Sequence record: NC_025447.1
Source of the DNA: Escherichia phage 121Q
DNA: 64,000 nucleotides
Reading direction: 5' to 3' (one strand)
In this document: in pieces, positions 1 to 8,901 of the stretch
Numbering within the stretch: position 1 is the stretch's first letter
How the letters are laid out: each line of letters opens with the position of its first letter
The notes under the pieces: generated by a model
The model's input: only the letters and a program-made list of their open reading frames with translations
Database searches by the model: none
What the model was told of the DNA's origin: nothing
Translations under genes and position numbers: made by a program

Positions 1-815
1 GTCATAAACAATGGAGAACTATTAGGCAAAGTACTTACAGGAACTGCACGGAATGTAGTCGTACCTGAACTAAGAAAGTTTGGAGTTTGACCACATACGA
101 AATATGATGTACCATTATAGTAATTGAATGCATTACCACCAATGGCTGCATCGATTACACCAGAACTACGCAATCCCCAAGTGTTAATTTGTGTTTGGTT
201 CCCCGTACCATGCTGTCCACTACTATTCCATCCAGAACTATATAGCTTATTATCTAATGTAAGATACATACTATCATTCGCATTGGTCATTACTTTACGA
301 ACGTTCGTAGCACATTGAGTTAATGTGTAAATTGATGAGGAACCAATACCCAAAGAACCACGATATCCATTATCTCCTGCACCATAGAGTACTGAATTAG
401 TGCTAAGTACAAATATTAAACCATTTGTACATACAATATTAGCAATTTCACTTACTGGTATAGCATTGGTAAACCAATTAGTCCTTTCAACTAATACAGT
501 ACTGTAAGAAGTAGTTGTAGAAGATGAGAACCAGTACGTTTGACCTGATGTCCATATCGTATTATCATTTTTAATAATAACAAGTGTACGATCACCCACG
601 AAAAAATTAGAAACATCTGCACTTACTAATATCCATGAAGATACCGTGTTGGTATTACCATTTCCAGATTCACCACCTTGATTTCTACCTATGTAATATA
701 AATCATGTGAATCAGTCAATAAGAATTGACCTTGTGTAGAAGCACCAACTTTAATTATATTTTTAGGACCAGGTACAATATTTCCGTACTTAACCATTCT
801 TGCAAAAGGTAACAT
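1..815 (-). CDS. RCC1-like repeat (beta-propeller) protein, paralog A; 3' end lies beyond window edge
   Basis: Reverse ORF with no stop inside window; start codon rc at 813-815; N-terminus MLPFARMVKYGN shared with the two paralogs; repeated [YW]xxGxNxxGQxGxG blades; SD GGAGGG (rc of 821-826). Confidence 0.65.
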   Translation of the reverse strand, partial: MLPFARMVKYGNIVPGPKNIIKVGASTQGQFLLTDSHDLYYIGRNQGGESGNGNTNTVSSWILVSADVSNFFVGDRTLVIIKNDNTIWTSGQTYWFSSSTTTSYSTVLVERTNWFTNAIPVSEIANIVCTNGLIFVLSTNSVLYGAGDNGYRGSLGIGSSSIYTLTQCATNVRKVMTNANDSMYLTLDNKLYSSGWNSSGQHGTGNQTQINTWGLRSSGVIDAAIGGNAFNYYNGTSYFVCGQTPNFLSSGTTTFRAVPVSTLPNSSPLFM

Positions 816-889
816 AATTCCCTCCTTTATTCATTATACTATATTTAATACAAAAAAGAAAAGCCAGTATCAAGTACTGGCATATTACA
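816..889. repeat. 74-bp intergenic repeat, copy 1 (identical to 2033-2106)
   Basis: Same sequence aattccctcctttattcattatactatatttaatacaaaaaagaaaagccagtatcaagtactggcatat at both loci; carries SD, -10-like TATAAT (minus strand) and terminator hairpin. Confidence 0.85.
852..881 (-). terminator. Rho-independent terminator (minus strand) after gene 890-2032
   Basis: Hairpin GCCAGTA-TCAAG-TACTGGC followed on the minus strand by a U-rich run (plus-strand caaaaaagaaaa). Confidence 0.6.
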
Positions 890-2032
890 TTATTTCCACG
901 GTAGAAGGGAATCGGGGACTCTGGTTGGAACTCTCACGGCTGGAACATTTCCAAGTTCAGCCAAACCACTCATATACAAATTGTTATTTTCATCAATTAT
1001 CATTGAATAGAAATTATCAATTACGAAGCCTGAAATTCGTCTTCCTTCTAATGCATCAAGAACCATTTCGGTGAAAGTTAATATATTTTCGGATGTTTGA
1101 TTAACACCACATGCACCATAGGTATTTCGACCACAAGTATATAACTTATTATTATTTTTAACAACACATCCATTCCCTTCGTTGTTGGATAAACCACCCA
1201 CCAACTCTATTTCACCTTGGAATGATAAATTGGGAATTAATGTACTCATTGGTACTGCTGATACTCTACCTACACCAGCTTGACCATATGCATTTGGTGA
1301 AGCAACCTTCACTGAACCATCATTAAGAAATATATATGAAGTACGGTATGTATTTACAGCTTGTATAGCATTGGTGATCGTATTGTCTTTTGTAAAACTT
1401 AATATATTTGATGTTGTTGTACTACCAGGAGCAACAGTATTTCCTGCATACCAATAGGAACCATCATCAAGAACTAACCCAGTACTGAGCAAAGAACAGC
1501 CATAACTTTTAACATTTTCTATAGTGCTGTATCTGAACGATGTGACATTAGCTGTTGACGCGTTACCAAATACACCACCCTCGCCAGCACCACAGTAGAA
1601 CCATTTTCCATTTTTCAAAAATACACGCAAATTCTGTCCAACAGCAATACCATCAATATCATCAGCACTGACACCAAAATCAGTGAAGTACTGGGTTACA
1701 TCAATCCAAACCCCATTTGTATTTGTTCCGATTTGTGGCATTACTATACTAGCACCTGTGAACCAAATAGTTCCATCATTCTTAATGGCAATGGAACCAA
1801 GAACACCACCCCAGTAACGTTCAATATTATTATTCACACGGGTCCATACGGTGGATGATTGTAATGAACCATTACCACCTTGTCCAAATGAAGATGAACC
1901 ATACCAGTACAAGTCACCATTAACATGCAAATAAAAACGAGTATTATAATTTGCTTGTAATCTATTTTTAAATAGAGGTTTTGGTTCTGGTGCTTCATTT
2001 CCGTACTTAACCATTCTTGCAAAAGGTAACAT
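890..2032 (-). CDS. RCC1-like repeat (beta-propeller) protein, paralog B; possible virion fibre or host-interaction protein
   Basis: 380-aa ORF; N-terminus MLPFARMVKYGN; Gly/Asn/Ser/Thr-rich blades such as YxxGxNxxGQxG; SD upstream. Confidence 0.75.
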   Translation of the reverse strand: MLPFARMVKYGNEAPEPKPLFKNRLQANYNTRFYLHVNGDLYWYGSSSFGQGGNGSLQSSTVWTRVNNNIERYWGGVLGSIAIKNDGTIWFTGASIVMPQIGTNTNGVWIDVTQYFTDFGVSADDIDGIAVGQNLRVFLKNGKWFYCGAGEGGVFGNASTANVTSFRYSTIENVKSYGCSLLSTGLVLDDGSYWYAGNTVAPGSTTTSNILSFTKDNTITNAIQAVNTYRTSYIFLNDGSVKVASPNAYGQAGVGRVSAVPMSTLIPNLSFQGEIELVGGLSNNEGNGCVVKNNNKLYTCGRNTYGACGVNQTSENILTFTEMVLDALEGRRISGFVIDNFYSMIIDENNNLYMSGLAELGNVPAVRVPTRVPDSLLPWK

Positions 2033-2106
2033 AATTCCCTCCTTTATTCATTATACTATATTTAATACAAAAAAGAAAAGCCAGTATCAAGTACTGGCAT
2101 ATCAAA
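2033..2106. repeat. 74-bp intergenic repeat, copy 2
   Basis: Identical to 816-889. Confidence 0.85.
2064..2098 (-). terminator. Rho-independent terminator (minus strand) after gene 2107-3255
   Basis: Same hairpin plus U-run as 852-881. Confidence 0.6.
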
Positions 2107-3255
2107 TCACTGCAAAAATGACATATCGACTTCGGTATAATTAAGAACGTTCTGTCCAGCAATACCTCCCATTACTACAATTGAAGCCCCACAATAATAT
2201 AACTTCGAAGTGTCAGTAAGTATAAGTGAACCAGATGGGGTGCGTACCAAATTACACGAAGTATTAAACGAAGTATATGAAGGGGTATAAGAGTACTGAT
2301 TAATATTATTACCAACACCTAATTGACCAGACGAGTTGCTTCCAGATGCATAAAGTACTTCATCACCTTTAACTATATGTGACGCCATGTTACCAACACA
2401 AGTATATAAACTATAAACTCCTGAACTCAATAATGTTGGAGTTTTGTATTGTATATCTGTAGATGAAGAAGTACCACCTGTGCCAAATTCGTTCCCGTAT
2501 TGTGCACCGAACTGTTTACCACAAGCGTACAAATTATTATCCGATTTAATAAAAAATGTACTCTGATAACTGACATTACAATCTATAACATCCGAAGAAA
2601 TCATCGTCACCCCAGTAATAGAAGTTTGATTGCCTGTACCTAACTGATAGTAATAGTTAAAACCACAACCCCATAAAGTATTATCTTCTTTTAGGTATAT
2701 GTTACCAACTGCCTTTTTAACCGAAGTTATAGTATCTACCCTTTTGAATGTGTTAAAAGAATTAATGTTTGTACCATCACCAAATGATGATAGGTTAGAG
2801 TTATTGTTAGCTCCACAACAATACAATGTACCATCGTTTGTTATCAAATTTACCTTCATATCATTAAAACTACTCATGTATTTTATATCAGAAACATTAA
2901 TACCACCTGATGTTATCCATGTAGTACAGTCCGTCCACAAAGTTTTTCTATCAGTTACACCAGTGAATGCCTTCGTGTTGCCAGTGATAAAAACTTTTCC
3001 CGTACCTTTCTCTTCGTACAATTGACAATCACTACTGTTATCTTCCAATAGAACTCGTTTAACATTCTCCGCACAAAGAATAAATTTACTCGATGCTACA
3101 CCTGTTCCAGTACCCCAATTCGTCGCAGAAGATGCATACAACTTATCAGTATAAGTATCATGAAGATACATGGAATCACTGGAATATATTTTAAAACGTC
3201 CATCATCACCAGGGGCAATATTCCCGTACTTAACCATTCTTGCAAAAGGTAACAT
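2107..3255 (-). CDS. RCC1-like repeat (beta-propeller) protein, paralog C
   Basis: ORF track gives 2107-3291; start trimmed to the Met of MLPFARMVKYGN (rc ATG 3253-3255), which has the same SD context as the paralogs; blades such as YASGSNSSGQLGVGN and WGCGFNYYYQLGTGN. Confidence 0.7.
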   Translation of the reverse strand: MLPFARMVKYGNIAPGDDGRFKIYSSDSMYLHDTYTDKLYASSATNWGTGTGVASSKFILCAENVKRVLLEDNSSDCQLYEEKGTGKVFITGNTKAFTGVTDRKTLWTDCTTWITSGGINVSDIKYMSSFNDMKVNLITNDGTLYCCGANNNSNLSSFGDGTNINSFNTFKRVDTITSVKKAVGNIYLKEDNTLWGCGFNYYYQLGTGNQTSITGVTMISSDVIDCNVSYQSTFFIKSDNNLYACGKQFGAQYGNEFGTGGTSSSTDIQYKTPTLLSSGVYSLYTCVGNMASHIVKGDEVLYASGSNSSGQLGVGNNINQYSYTPSYTSFNTSCNLVRTPSGSLILTDTSKLYYCGASIVVMGGIAGQNVLNYTEVDMSFLQ

Positions 3256-3303
3256 AATTCCCTCCTTATTCATTATATCATATTTACCCAATAAAGAAAA
3301 CCC

Positions 3304-3332
3304 TTGACATCCTTTCAGTACTGTTGTACTAT
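3304..3332 (+). promoter_or_regulatory. sigma70-like promoter for small-gene array 1
   Basis: TTGACA, 17-nt spacer containing CAGTACTG, TACTAT; divergent from the RCC1 genes. Confidence 0.55.
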
Positions 3333-3357
3333 AGAAGGAATATAAGGAGAACTACAC

Positions 3358-3585
3358 ATGACAAATACTCTTAAGTACTACCTCAATACTCTAAATGAAC
3401 TAGAGTACGGGGAGTTTCTCTCGGATAGTTCGTGGCTAATTGAGCTAAAAAATTATAATAGTCCAGGATGCACCCTTATGATGAACAATGCAATTGATAC
3501 CCTCATTGTGAGTATTTTACACAGCAACATCTGCGGGGATAGCAATAAACAATTATCAAAAATCTTAGTACTGCTATCTATATGA
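3358..3585 (+). CDS. family-1 small protein (~60-75 aa tandem paralog)
   Basis: SD AAGGAG; first gene of array. Confidence 0.6.
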   Translation: MTNTLKYYLNTLNELEYGEFLSDSSWLIELKNYNSPGCTLMMNNAIDTLIVSILHSNICGDSNKQLSKILVLLSI

Positions 3586-3785
3586 ATATCGAACAGTACT
3601 ACATCGATGCACTACCAACAAAAGGTCTACGAGAAAGCCTACTGTATACACAAAATACTATTATACACTACAAACGTTGTCCTAAACTCCTGAACTCGTA
3701 CAGGAATAATATCATAAGAAATGCTTTACAAGGGGCAGAAAGTATGCAATACTATTATATCCTTGCCCTTTTAATCGAGTACTAA
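3582..3785 (+). CDS. family-1 small protein
   Basis: ATGA stop/start overlap; C-terminus ...LALLIEY. Confidence 0.6.
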   Translation: MNIEQYYIDALPTKGLRESLLYTQNTIIHYKRCPKLLNSYRNNIIRNALQGAESMQYYYILALLIEY

Positions 3786-3786
3786 T

Positions 3787-3996
3787 ATGAATACTGAACA
3801 TAAAGAATTCTACACCAAATACCTTAGCAACGAAGAACAATTGTTTCTAAGGAGTGTATCACCTTTAAGTATAGATACACCACACGCCAGAGATTGCTTT
3901 AATAATTGTATACGTAGTACTCTAGAAGCAATCGAATGTAATAACAAAAATATTATGTACTCTGGTTTAATAGGACTAATATATTTCTATGAATAA
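3787..3996 (+). CDS. family-1 small protein
   Basis: N-terminus MNTEHKEFY; abuts previous stop. Confidence 0.6.
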   Translation: MNTEHKEFYTKYLSNEEQLFLRSVSPLSIDTPHARDCFNNCIRSTLEAIECNNKNIMYSGLIGLIYFYE

Positions 3997-4183
3997 TCAT
4001 AAAGATTTCTATTGTAGTAAACTACCCAAACAAGAACAGCTATCATTCTCTTTAGCACCACCTATGAGAAAGGATAATCTGTATTATAATTACGATTTCA
4101 GGATGGTGACACGTTATGCAATAGAACATACGTTCCCTGCAACTAAGTACCGCTCTATCCTGAACCTCATCTTTAAGTTCTAA
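3989..4183 (+). CDS. family-1 small protein
   Basis: N-terminus MNNHKDFY; overlaps previous gene end. Confidence 0.6.
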   Translation: MNNHKDFYCSKLPKQEQLSFSLAPPMRKDNLYYNYDFRMVTRYAIEHTFPATKYRSILNLIFKF

Positions 4184-4235
4184 AAGGTACACCAGGGACC
4201 GAGTACTTTAATATAGTAAGGCTAATTACATTATA

Positions 4236-4421
4236 ATGAATCATATAAGCTACTACTACCAACAACTATCCGACAGAGACAAGTACAGTCACAACTCCCA
4301 TGTGTGGTACTACAAACGCGGCAGTATAAGAGACAAACAACATTACTTCTGTATTTCTATTAAAGAAGCACTAACAACTAAGTACACGTACCGAGCAGTA
4401 CTTAAACTTATTGAAATGTAA
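4236..4421 (+). CDS. family-1 small protein
   Basis: Array member; C-terminus KLIEM. Confidence 0.55.
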   Translation: MNHISYYYQQLSDRDKYSHNSHVWYYKRGSIRDKQHYFCISIKEALTTKYTYRAVLKLIEM

Positions 4422-4429
4422 GGAAGAAA

Positions 4430-4612
4430 ATGAATATAGAATTCTATTTAACTAAACTACAACACGCCGAAAGATTCAACTTCAATAAGTTCAATATTTT
4501 CTACAATTGCGGGAACAAAAAAGATAAACACACCTTCCTATATGTCGTCACAAGAGATGCACAAAACGAAAAGTACACATACAGAGAAGTAATGAAACTA
4601 ATCGCTATTTAA
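4430..4612 (+). CDS. family-1 small protein
   Basis: Array member; C-terminus MKLIAI. Confidence 0.55.
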   Translation: MNIEFYLTKLQHAERFNFNKFNIFYNCGNKKDKHTFLYVVTRDAQNEKYTYREVMKLIAI

Positions 4613-4620
4613 GGAATACT

Positions 4621-4800
4621 ATGCAACAATTCTATATAGAACGTATAACCATAAAAGACCGTTTCATGTACGACACCTTCGTTGATTACTACAACCTAGG
4701 AACAAAAAGTACTAAAAATATTAATCTCAATAGCTGCATTTATGCTGTACTAACACAAGATAATCCCTACAGGGAAATCCTCGCACTGGCATCTATATAA
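4621..4800 (+). CDS. family-1 small protein (59 aa, below ORF-track cutoff)
   Basis: ATG 4621 after SD AAGGAA; translated by hand MQQFYIERITIKD...ILALASI; fills a gap in the array. Confidence 0.5.
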   Translation: MQQFYIERITIKDRFMYDTFVDYYNLGTKSTKNINLNSCIYAVLTQDNPYREILALASI

Positions 4801-4810
4801 AGGAAACCAA

Positions 4811-5482
4811 ATGAAACTTAATGCACACAGCAAACAATACCTTAAGCACTTTAAGTACCTCAATAGTATTCAGGCAGAATCCGTTACATCTGCATATACG
4901 TATCACCCGAATGTACTAAAGAAACGAAATAAAAAGGAAAAATCCAGTACAAATGGAGTTAACGTATCAAAGAACCTTGAATTGTACATGAAGAAAAATA
5001 ATATAGCTGTTCATTATATGAATATCTATAATACTGATTTAAAAGTATTGAGTACTAATACGAGCACGAAGGTACTAAAGAACGCATCCTTCATCATCAA
5101 TATGCAGTTGGATAATACCCCGTGCACTTTAATGCTATACTTCGGGAATACATACTTCTTCGGGAATTGTAACACCTCCCACGATGTCAATACAGCACAA
5201 TTCCAAATGGGTGGCATATACTCTACTGATGCAGAAAAAGTACACGAGAATATGCACTTCTGGCAAGCACAACGTACAGAAGAAACTAAATCAATTGTAG
5301 ATTTCCTCAAAGAACTAGAACACAAAGAACTACAGGAAGAAGAACTATTCATGTACAGTACTGTAATCGATAATCCAGTACTCTATAAAAACGCGTACAA
5401 TCTGACAAAACATGTACAGGAAATTATCAGTACTAATAAGAAAATGCATCACCTCATTACGTATATTACAAACTATGTATAA
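4811..5482 (+). CDS. hypothetical protein (223 aa) embedded in array 1
   Basis: Long ORF; SD AAGGAAACC; no family motif recognised. Confidence 0.55.
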   Translation: MKLNAHSKQYLKHFKYLNSIQAESVTSAYTYHPNVLKKRNKKEKSSTNGVNVSKNLELYMKKNNIAVHYMNIYNTDLKVLSTNTSTKVLKNASFIINMQLDNTPCTLMLYFGNTYFFGNCNTSHDVNTAQFQMGGIYSTDAEKVHENMHFWQAQRTEETKSIVDFLKELEHKELQEEELFMYSTVIDNPVLYKNAYNLTKHVQEIISTNKKMHHLITYITNYV

Positions 5483-5657
5483 AGAATACTATATCTCTAA
5501 ACTACCCGTGCAGCAAAAATACTTTGCTGCATACAAAGTTCTTCTCATAACTCGTGCCGCTCGATCTAACTACATGAATAGCGTAAAACGTGCTATAGAA
5601 AATGATGACGCAATGAACCAGTACTATAACATTTTACTACTAATATATAAGTACTAA
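5475..5657 (+). CDS. family-1 small protein
   Basis: Start trimmed from 5412 to MYKEYYISKLP, overlapping the stop of the previous gene. Confidence 0.55.
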   Translation: MYKEYYISKLPVQQKYFAAYKVLLITRAARSNYMNSVKRAIENDDAMNQYYNILLLIYKY

Positions 5658-5667
5658 AGAGAACAAC

Positions 5668-5850
5668 ATGCACAAAGAATACTACAGGGATAAAATACCT
5701 ATGCATCTCCAGCACCATATACCAACAGAACCAATAGGAATAAAAGATCACGCAAAGATAATGTTCCAACAATGTACTAAGTACACGCTCATATACGATG
5801 ATAATCCATATATGCTGTACTACGTAGTAATGCTAACATTCAGGTACTAA
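5668..5850 (+). CDS. family-1 small protein
   Basis: MHKEYY...MLTFRY. Confidence 0.6.
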   Translation: MHKEYYRDKIPMHLQHHIPTEPIGIKDHAKIMFQQCTKYTLIYDDNPYMLYYVVMLTFRY

Positions 5851-5851
5851 T

Positions 5852-6043
5852 ATGAATAACCACAAAGAATACTACATAGAGAAACTCCCAATGTATCTCC
5901 AACACCTTGTACCAACAGAACCATTGGGTATAGAAAAAAACTACGAAAAAGACTACTTCATTCAGTGCACTAAATCCTCGATATATATTGAAGACTATAA
6001 TCGAGTACTGTATCACATCCTTTTACTAATATATAAGTACTAA
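5852..6043 (+). CDS. family-1 small protein
   Basis: MNNHKEYY...LLLIYKY. Confidence 0.6.
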   Translation: MNNHKEYYIEKLPMYLQHLVPTEPLGIEKNYEKDYFIQCTKSSIYIEDYNRVLYHILLLIYKY

Positions 6044-6044
6044 T

Positions 6045-6227
6045 ATGCACAAAGAATACTACACACAATTTCTCCCCAGCATTTTTGAACACTACGCCAG
6101 ATATAAAGTCCCTCTGGATAACGATTTGGCAGTACTGGGATTCAATAACTGCATAGAACGAAGTATAGAAAATAGTAGTAGTTATGACCAGCTATATAAC
6201 ACTATCCTACTTATATTCAGGTACTAA
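6045..6227 (+). CDS. family-1 small protein
   Basis: MHKEYY...ILLIFRY. Confidence 0.6.
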   Translation: MHKEYYTQFLPSIFEHYARYKVPLDNDLAVLGFNNCIERSIENSSSYDQLYNTILLIFRY

Positions 6228-6228
6228 C

Positions 6229-6417
6229 ATGCATAAAGAATACTACACAAAATATTTCCCAATGTACCTCAGAACTAATCTATTAGATAAACCTCGCGGT
6301 ATCAATGCACAAAATGATAAAGTGTATTTTACTATGTGCACTAAAGCATGTATACTAGATTTTGACAGCTACCATCGAGTACTGTATCATACCCTGTACC
6401 TAGCTTTCGTATTCTAA
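6229..6417 (+). CDS. family-1 small protein
   Basis: Start trimmed from 6184 to MHKEYYTKYFP, immediately after previous stop. Confidence 0.6.
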   Translation: MHKEYYTKYFPMYLRTNLLDKPRGINAQNDKVYFTMCTKACILDFDSYHRVLYHTLYLAFVF

Positions 6418-6426
6418 GAGAACAAT

Positions 6427-6612
6427 ATGCATAAAGAATTCTACTTAAGCCATCTGGATCTAAACTCCCAAATGCTTATACCACTAATCCCAATAGATAT
6501 CAAGGATAAGAAAAATACCGAACAATTCATTTACCATACACAGTGTGCGATCACCCCAAATTACATTCCATATGAATTGTACTACATTCTCGCCCTAATA
6601 TATAGGTACTAA
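6427..6612 (+). CDS. family-1 small protein
   Basis: MHKEFY...LALIYRY. Confidence 0.6.
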   Translation: MHKEFYLSHLDLNSQMLIPLIPIDIKDKKNTEQFIYHTQCAITPNYIPYELYYILALIYRY

Positions 6613-6613
6613 T

Positions 6614-6799
6614 ATGCATAGAGAATACTACACACAATTTGTTAAAGGGAACTACAAACATGCCGTACCCAGAACCCCTTTAAATTCTCATGACCCAAGT
6701 ACTATATTCTTGTTTAATGACGCAATACGTACAGTACTCAATACTAAAGATGAAGATGTGCAGTACGTATTCTTACTATTACTTATATACAGACACTAA
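6614..6799 (+). CDS. family-1 small protein
   Basis: MHREYY...LLLIYRH. Confidence 0.6.
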   Translation: MHREYYTQFVKGNYKHAVPRTPLNSHDPSTIFLFNDAIRTVLNTKDEDVQYVFLLLLIYRH

Positions 6800-6804
6800 C
6801 TAAT

Positions 6805-6987
6805 ATGAATAAAGAACATAAAGAATTCTATATAAGAAAACTAACATTCGTCCCCGTAAGAATATATAAAGAATGCGACCCAAGATTATACCTATGGCAC
6901 TTCAATGAGTGCATAAAAGATTCTATATACCCTAAGAACTATAAAGAACAATTGTGCTCAGTACTAACACTAGTACTATCATATTAA
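6805..6987 (+). CDS. family-1 small protein
   Basis: MNKEHKEFY...TLVLSY. Confidence 0.6.
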   Translation: MNKEHKEFYIRKLTFVPVRIYKECDPRLYLWHFNECIKDSIYPKNYKEQLCSVLTLVLSY

Positions 6988-7002
6988 TTAATAGAGAATA
7001 CT

Positions 7003-7194
7003 ATGTATAAAAACTTCTATATAAGTAAACTAAAAGAAAATGAACAAGTATGGATTAGATCTATAATTCCACTGGCATTTAATAGATATGCATTTAACAG
7101 ATGTACCGAGATTGCTATAGACCCTTATAATATTAAAGAGAATGTACAGTATAATCAGTACTACTATATCTTAATGCTTATATATAGGAAGTAA
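7003..7194 (+). CDS. family-1 small protein (last of array)
   Basis: MYKNFYISKL...LMLIYRK. Confidence 0.6.
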   Translation: MYKNFYISKLKENEQVWIRSIIPLAFNRYAFNRCTEIAIDPYNIKENVQYNQYYYILMLIYRK

Positions 7195-7289
7195 TTAAAC
7201 ACAAGTAGACAGGGGAAGCTCCTAGTGAACAACCTTTATGTACAGGCGAATTGTTAAAATTCAGCCTGGACAAATGCGATCACTAGGAT

Positions 7290-7400
7290 TCTCCCCAGGC
7301 TAAACCCCGTAATCATAGGTAGTCATAAGTAATCATATATAAACATTTAAGTAATCATTTATAATCACTGTAGTGATCAGTAGTGATCAGTAGTGAGTAC
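7290..7400. repeat. Cluster of short direct repeats (GTAATCA x4; AGTAGTGA x3)
   Basis: cgtaatcatagg...agtaatcatatat...agtaatcattta...gtagtgatcagtagtgatcagtagtgagtact. Confidence 0.6.
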
Positions 7401-7821
7401 TAGAGTACAGGAATGTTCACGTTTAATCAAGAACGTAGCAGTACTGATATGCCACTAAGTAGGCAGAGGAAGTCTGCCGTACTTTGTAGTTTCCAAGCTC
7501 CTTTTCCATTTTGCAAATTACATCAAATGTAATCAAAAGTAATCACGCAATGATTAGTACTGAATTATTACTTTCACCTTAATTTCAATTACCCCTTTAC
7601 CCTTCGGGGTAAAATTCAATTACCCCTTGAGGCTCCAGCAAAAAGTTGGTTAGTACTCCATCCTAAATCTCGATCCTAAAAATTTTGGAGTACCTATGAA
7701 ATAAAAGTTGGATCTTCGAAAGTTGAAATTTACGTTGGGACATATAGGATTTGTGGGATATAATGAGTTTTGTAGCGATACAGATTATACGATTTCAGTA
7801 CTGAATAATGAAAGAAAGCTA

Positions 7822-7849
7822 TTGACATTATGATTCAGTACTGTATAAT
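7822..7849 (+). promoter_or_regulatory. sigma70-like promoter with no obvious downstream ORF (possible non-coding transcript)
   Basis: TTGACA, 16-nt spacer containing CAGTACTG, TATAAT; no SD plus ORF of useful length follows. Confidence 0.4.
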
Positions 7850-8033
7850 GTTCTACATAGAGAGATGAGTTGCTGCGAACAATTCATTTACTCTACCTCC
7901 TGTCGTGAGACAGTACAGAAAAGATAGTTCCTCCTGTGGTGGTACATCTTTTTGAACCTCATATGAAAATCGTAATAACAGTACTGATATTAACAGAATG
8001 GTGTCAGTACTGATTTTAATCTAAAGCATTATG

Positions 8034-8053
8034 CCACCAGCTTGTGCTGGTGG
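8034..8053. repeat. Perfect hairpin carrying Chi in both orientations
   Basis: CCACCAGC-TTGT-GCTGGTGG. Confidence 0.6.
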
Positions 8054-8209
8054 ATTCCCTCTAACAGTATTCAGTACTACATGATAGTCTTCATCCTCCT
8101 ACAGTAACAGTGAGGGCTATTGTGGCAGTACTGAATACTCCCTTTCAAAAGATAGATCTATGGTATAGTACTGACGGATTTTGGGCGTAGTAACCCTAGG
8201 TTGAATTTA

Positions 8210-8355
8210 GACGTAGAGATGTCTAGACCTCCAGATGGCTGGAAGTAAAGATGGCTATCCCTCTAGGCGGCTGGATGGCTAGATTTCTAGATGGCTGTAC
8301 TGCTAGACGTTTGGACGGCTAAACGGCTAGATGGTTACACGTCTGGATGTATAGA
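8210..8355. repeat. Iteron-like array of short degenerate repeats (approx. CTRGAYGGCT), followed by an A/T-rich tract
   Basis: agatggct x4, gacggct x2, ggctag x3, tctaga/gtctagac palindromes within ~140 bp; then aaatcaaaatttttattttatttttt. Confidence 0.55.
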
Positions 8356-8520
8356 CGGCTAAATCAAAATTTTTATTTTATTTTTTCCAATAGTTCCCCT
8401 ACCGCGTGGGGATGGTTTCCCCGCAGTATCTGGAGTTAGATTTTTCTGAATCTGGAATCATTATCCCCGTTTTCGCCTGGTATGTCAACCGTCTGGATGA
8501 ATAATTTTAAAAAATAATCT

Positions 8521-8580
8521 AGTACTGAATTTTGGGCGTAACTATGCACCCGGTGGGCTAGAGTCTTTCTCGACTTGATA
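8521..8580. repeat. ~60-bp direct repeat, copy 1 (partner 8739-8800)
   Basis: agtactgaattttgggcgtaactatgcacccggtgggctagagtctttctcg versus tactgaattttgggcgtaattccgcaccccctggggtatccgctttctcg; both contain a degenerate inverted CCCAC-GGGTGC box. Confidence 0.5.
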
Positions 8581-8738
8581 AAAATATTATAGCAGTACTG
8601 AATTATAAAAGCAATAGCCTGGATGTAAAAAGTTTTAATTAATTTGCTTGTCATCCTGGGGCGTACTATGGTACTATGATTCAGTACTGAGAAAGTGCTA
8701 TGACCTGCTAAGGTGCGGGAGTGTATCCTTTTTAAATT

Positions 8739-8800
8739 TACTGAATTTTGGGCGTAATTCCGCACCCCCTGGGGTATCCGCTTTCTCGCGTCTATGTAGT
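8739..8800. repeat. ~60-bp direct repeat, copy 2
   Basis: See 8521-8580. Confidence 0.5.
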
Positions 8801-8893
8801 AATTATACGCTTTTTTAGTACTGAGTCAATAGCTAAAAACAAAATAATTGAAAATAATTTAACGCGTTTAAACGGCCCGTAAAGCCCTGGTTA

Positions 8894-8901
8894 GCTGGTG
8901 G
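8894..8901 (+). other. Chi octamer GCTGGTGG
   Basis: Exact match, intergenic. Confidence 0.6.

Noticed and set aside
124-318. 64-aa plus-strand ORF
   Set aside because: Lies wholly antisense within the well-supported minus-strand RCC1-like gene (1-815); no SD; typical spurious ORF.
1834-2022. 62-aa minus-strand ORF in another frame of gene 890-2032
   Set aside because: Fully nested in a longer, motif-supported gene on the same strand.
8436-8765. 109-aa minus-strand ORF in the non-coding repeat region
   Set aside because: Spans direct repeats and box-like elements, has no SD, and is isolated on the minus strand.
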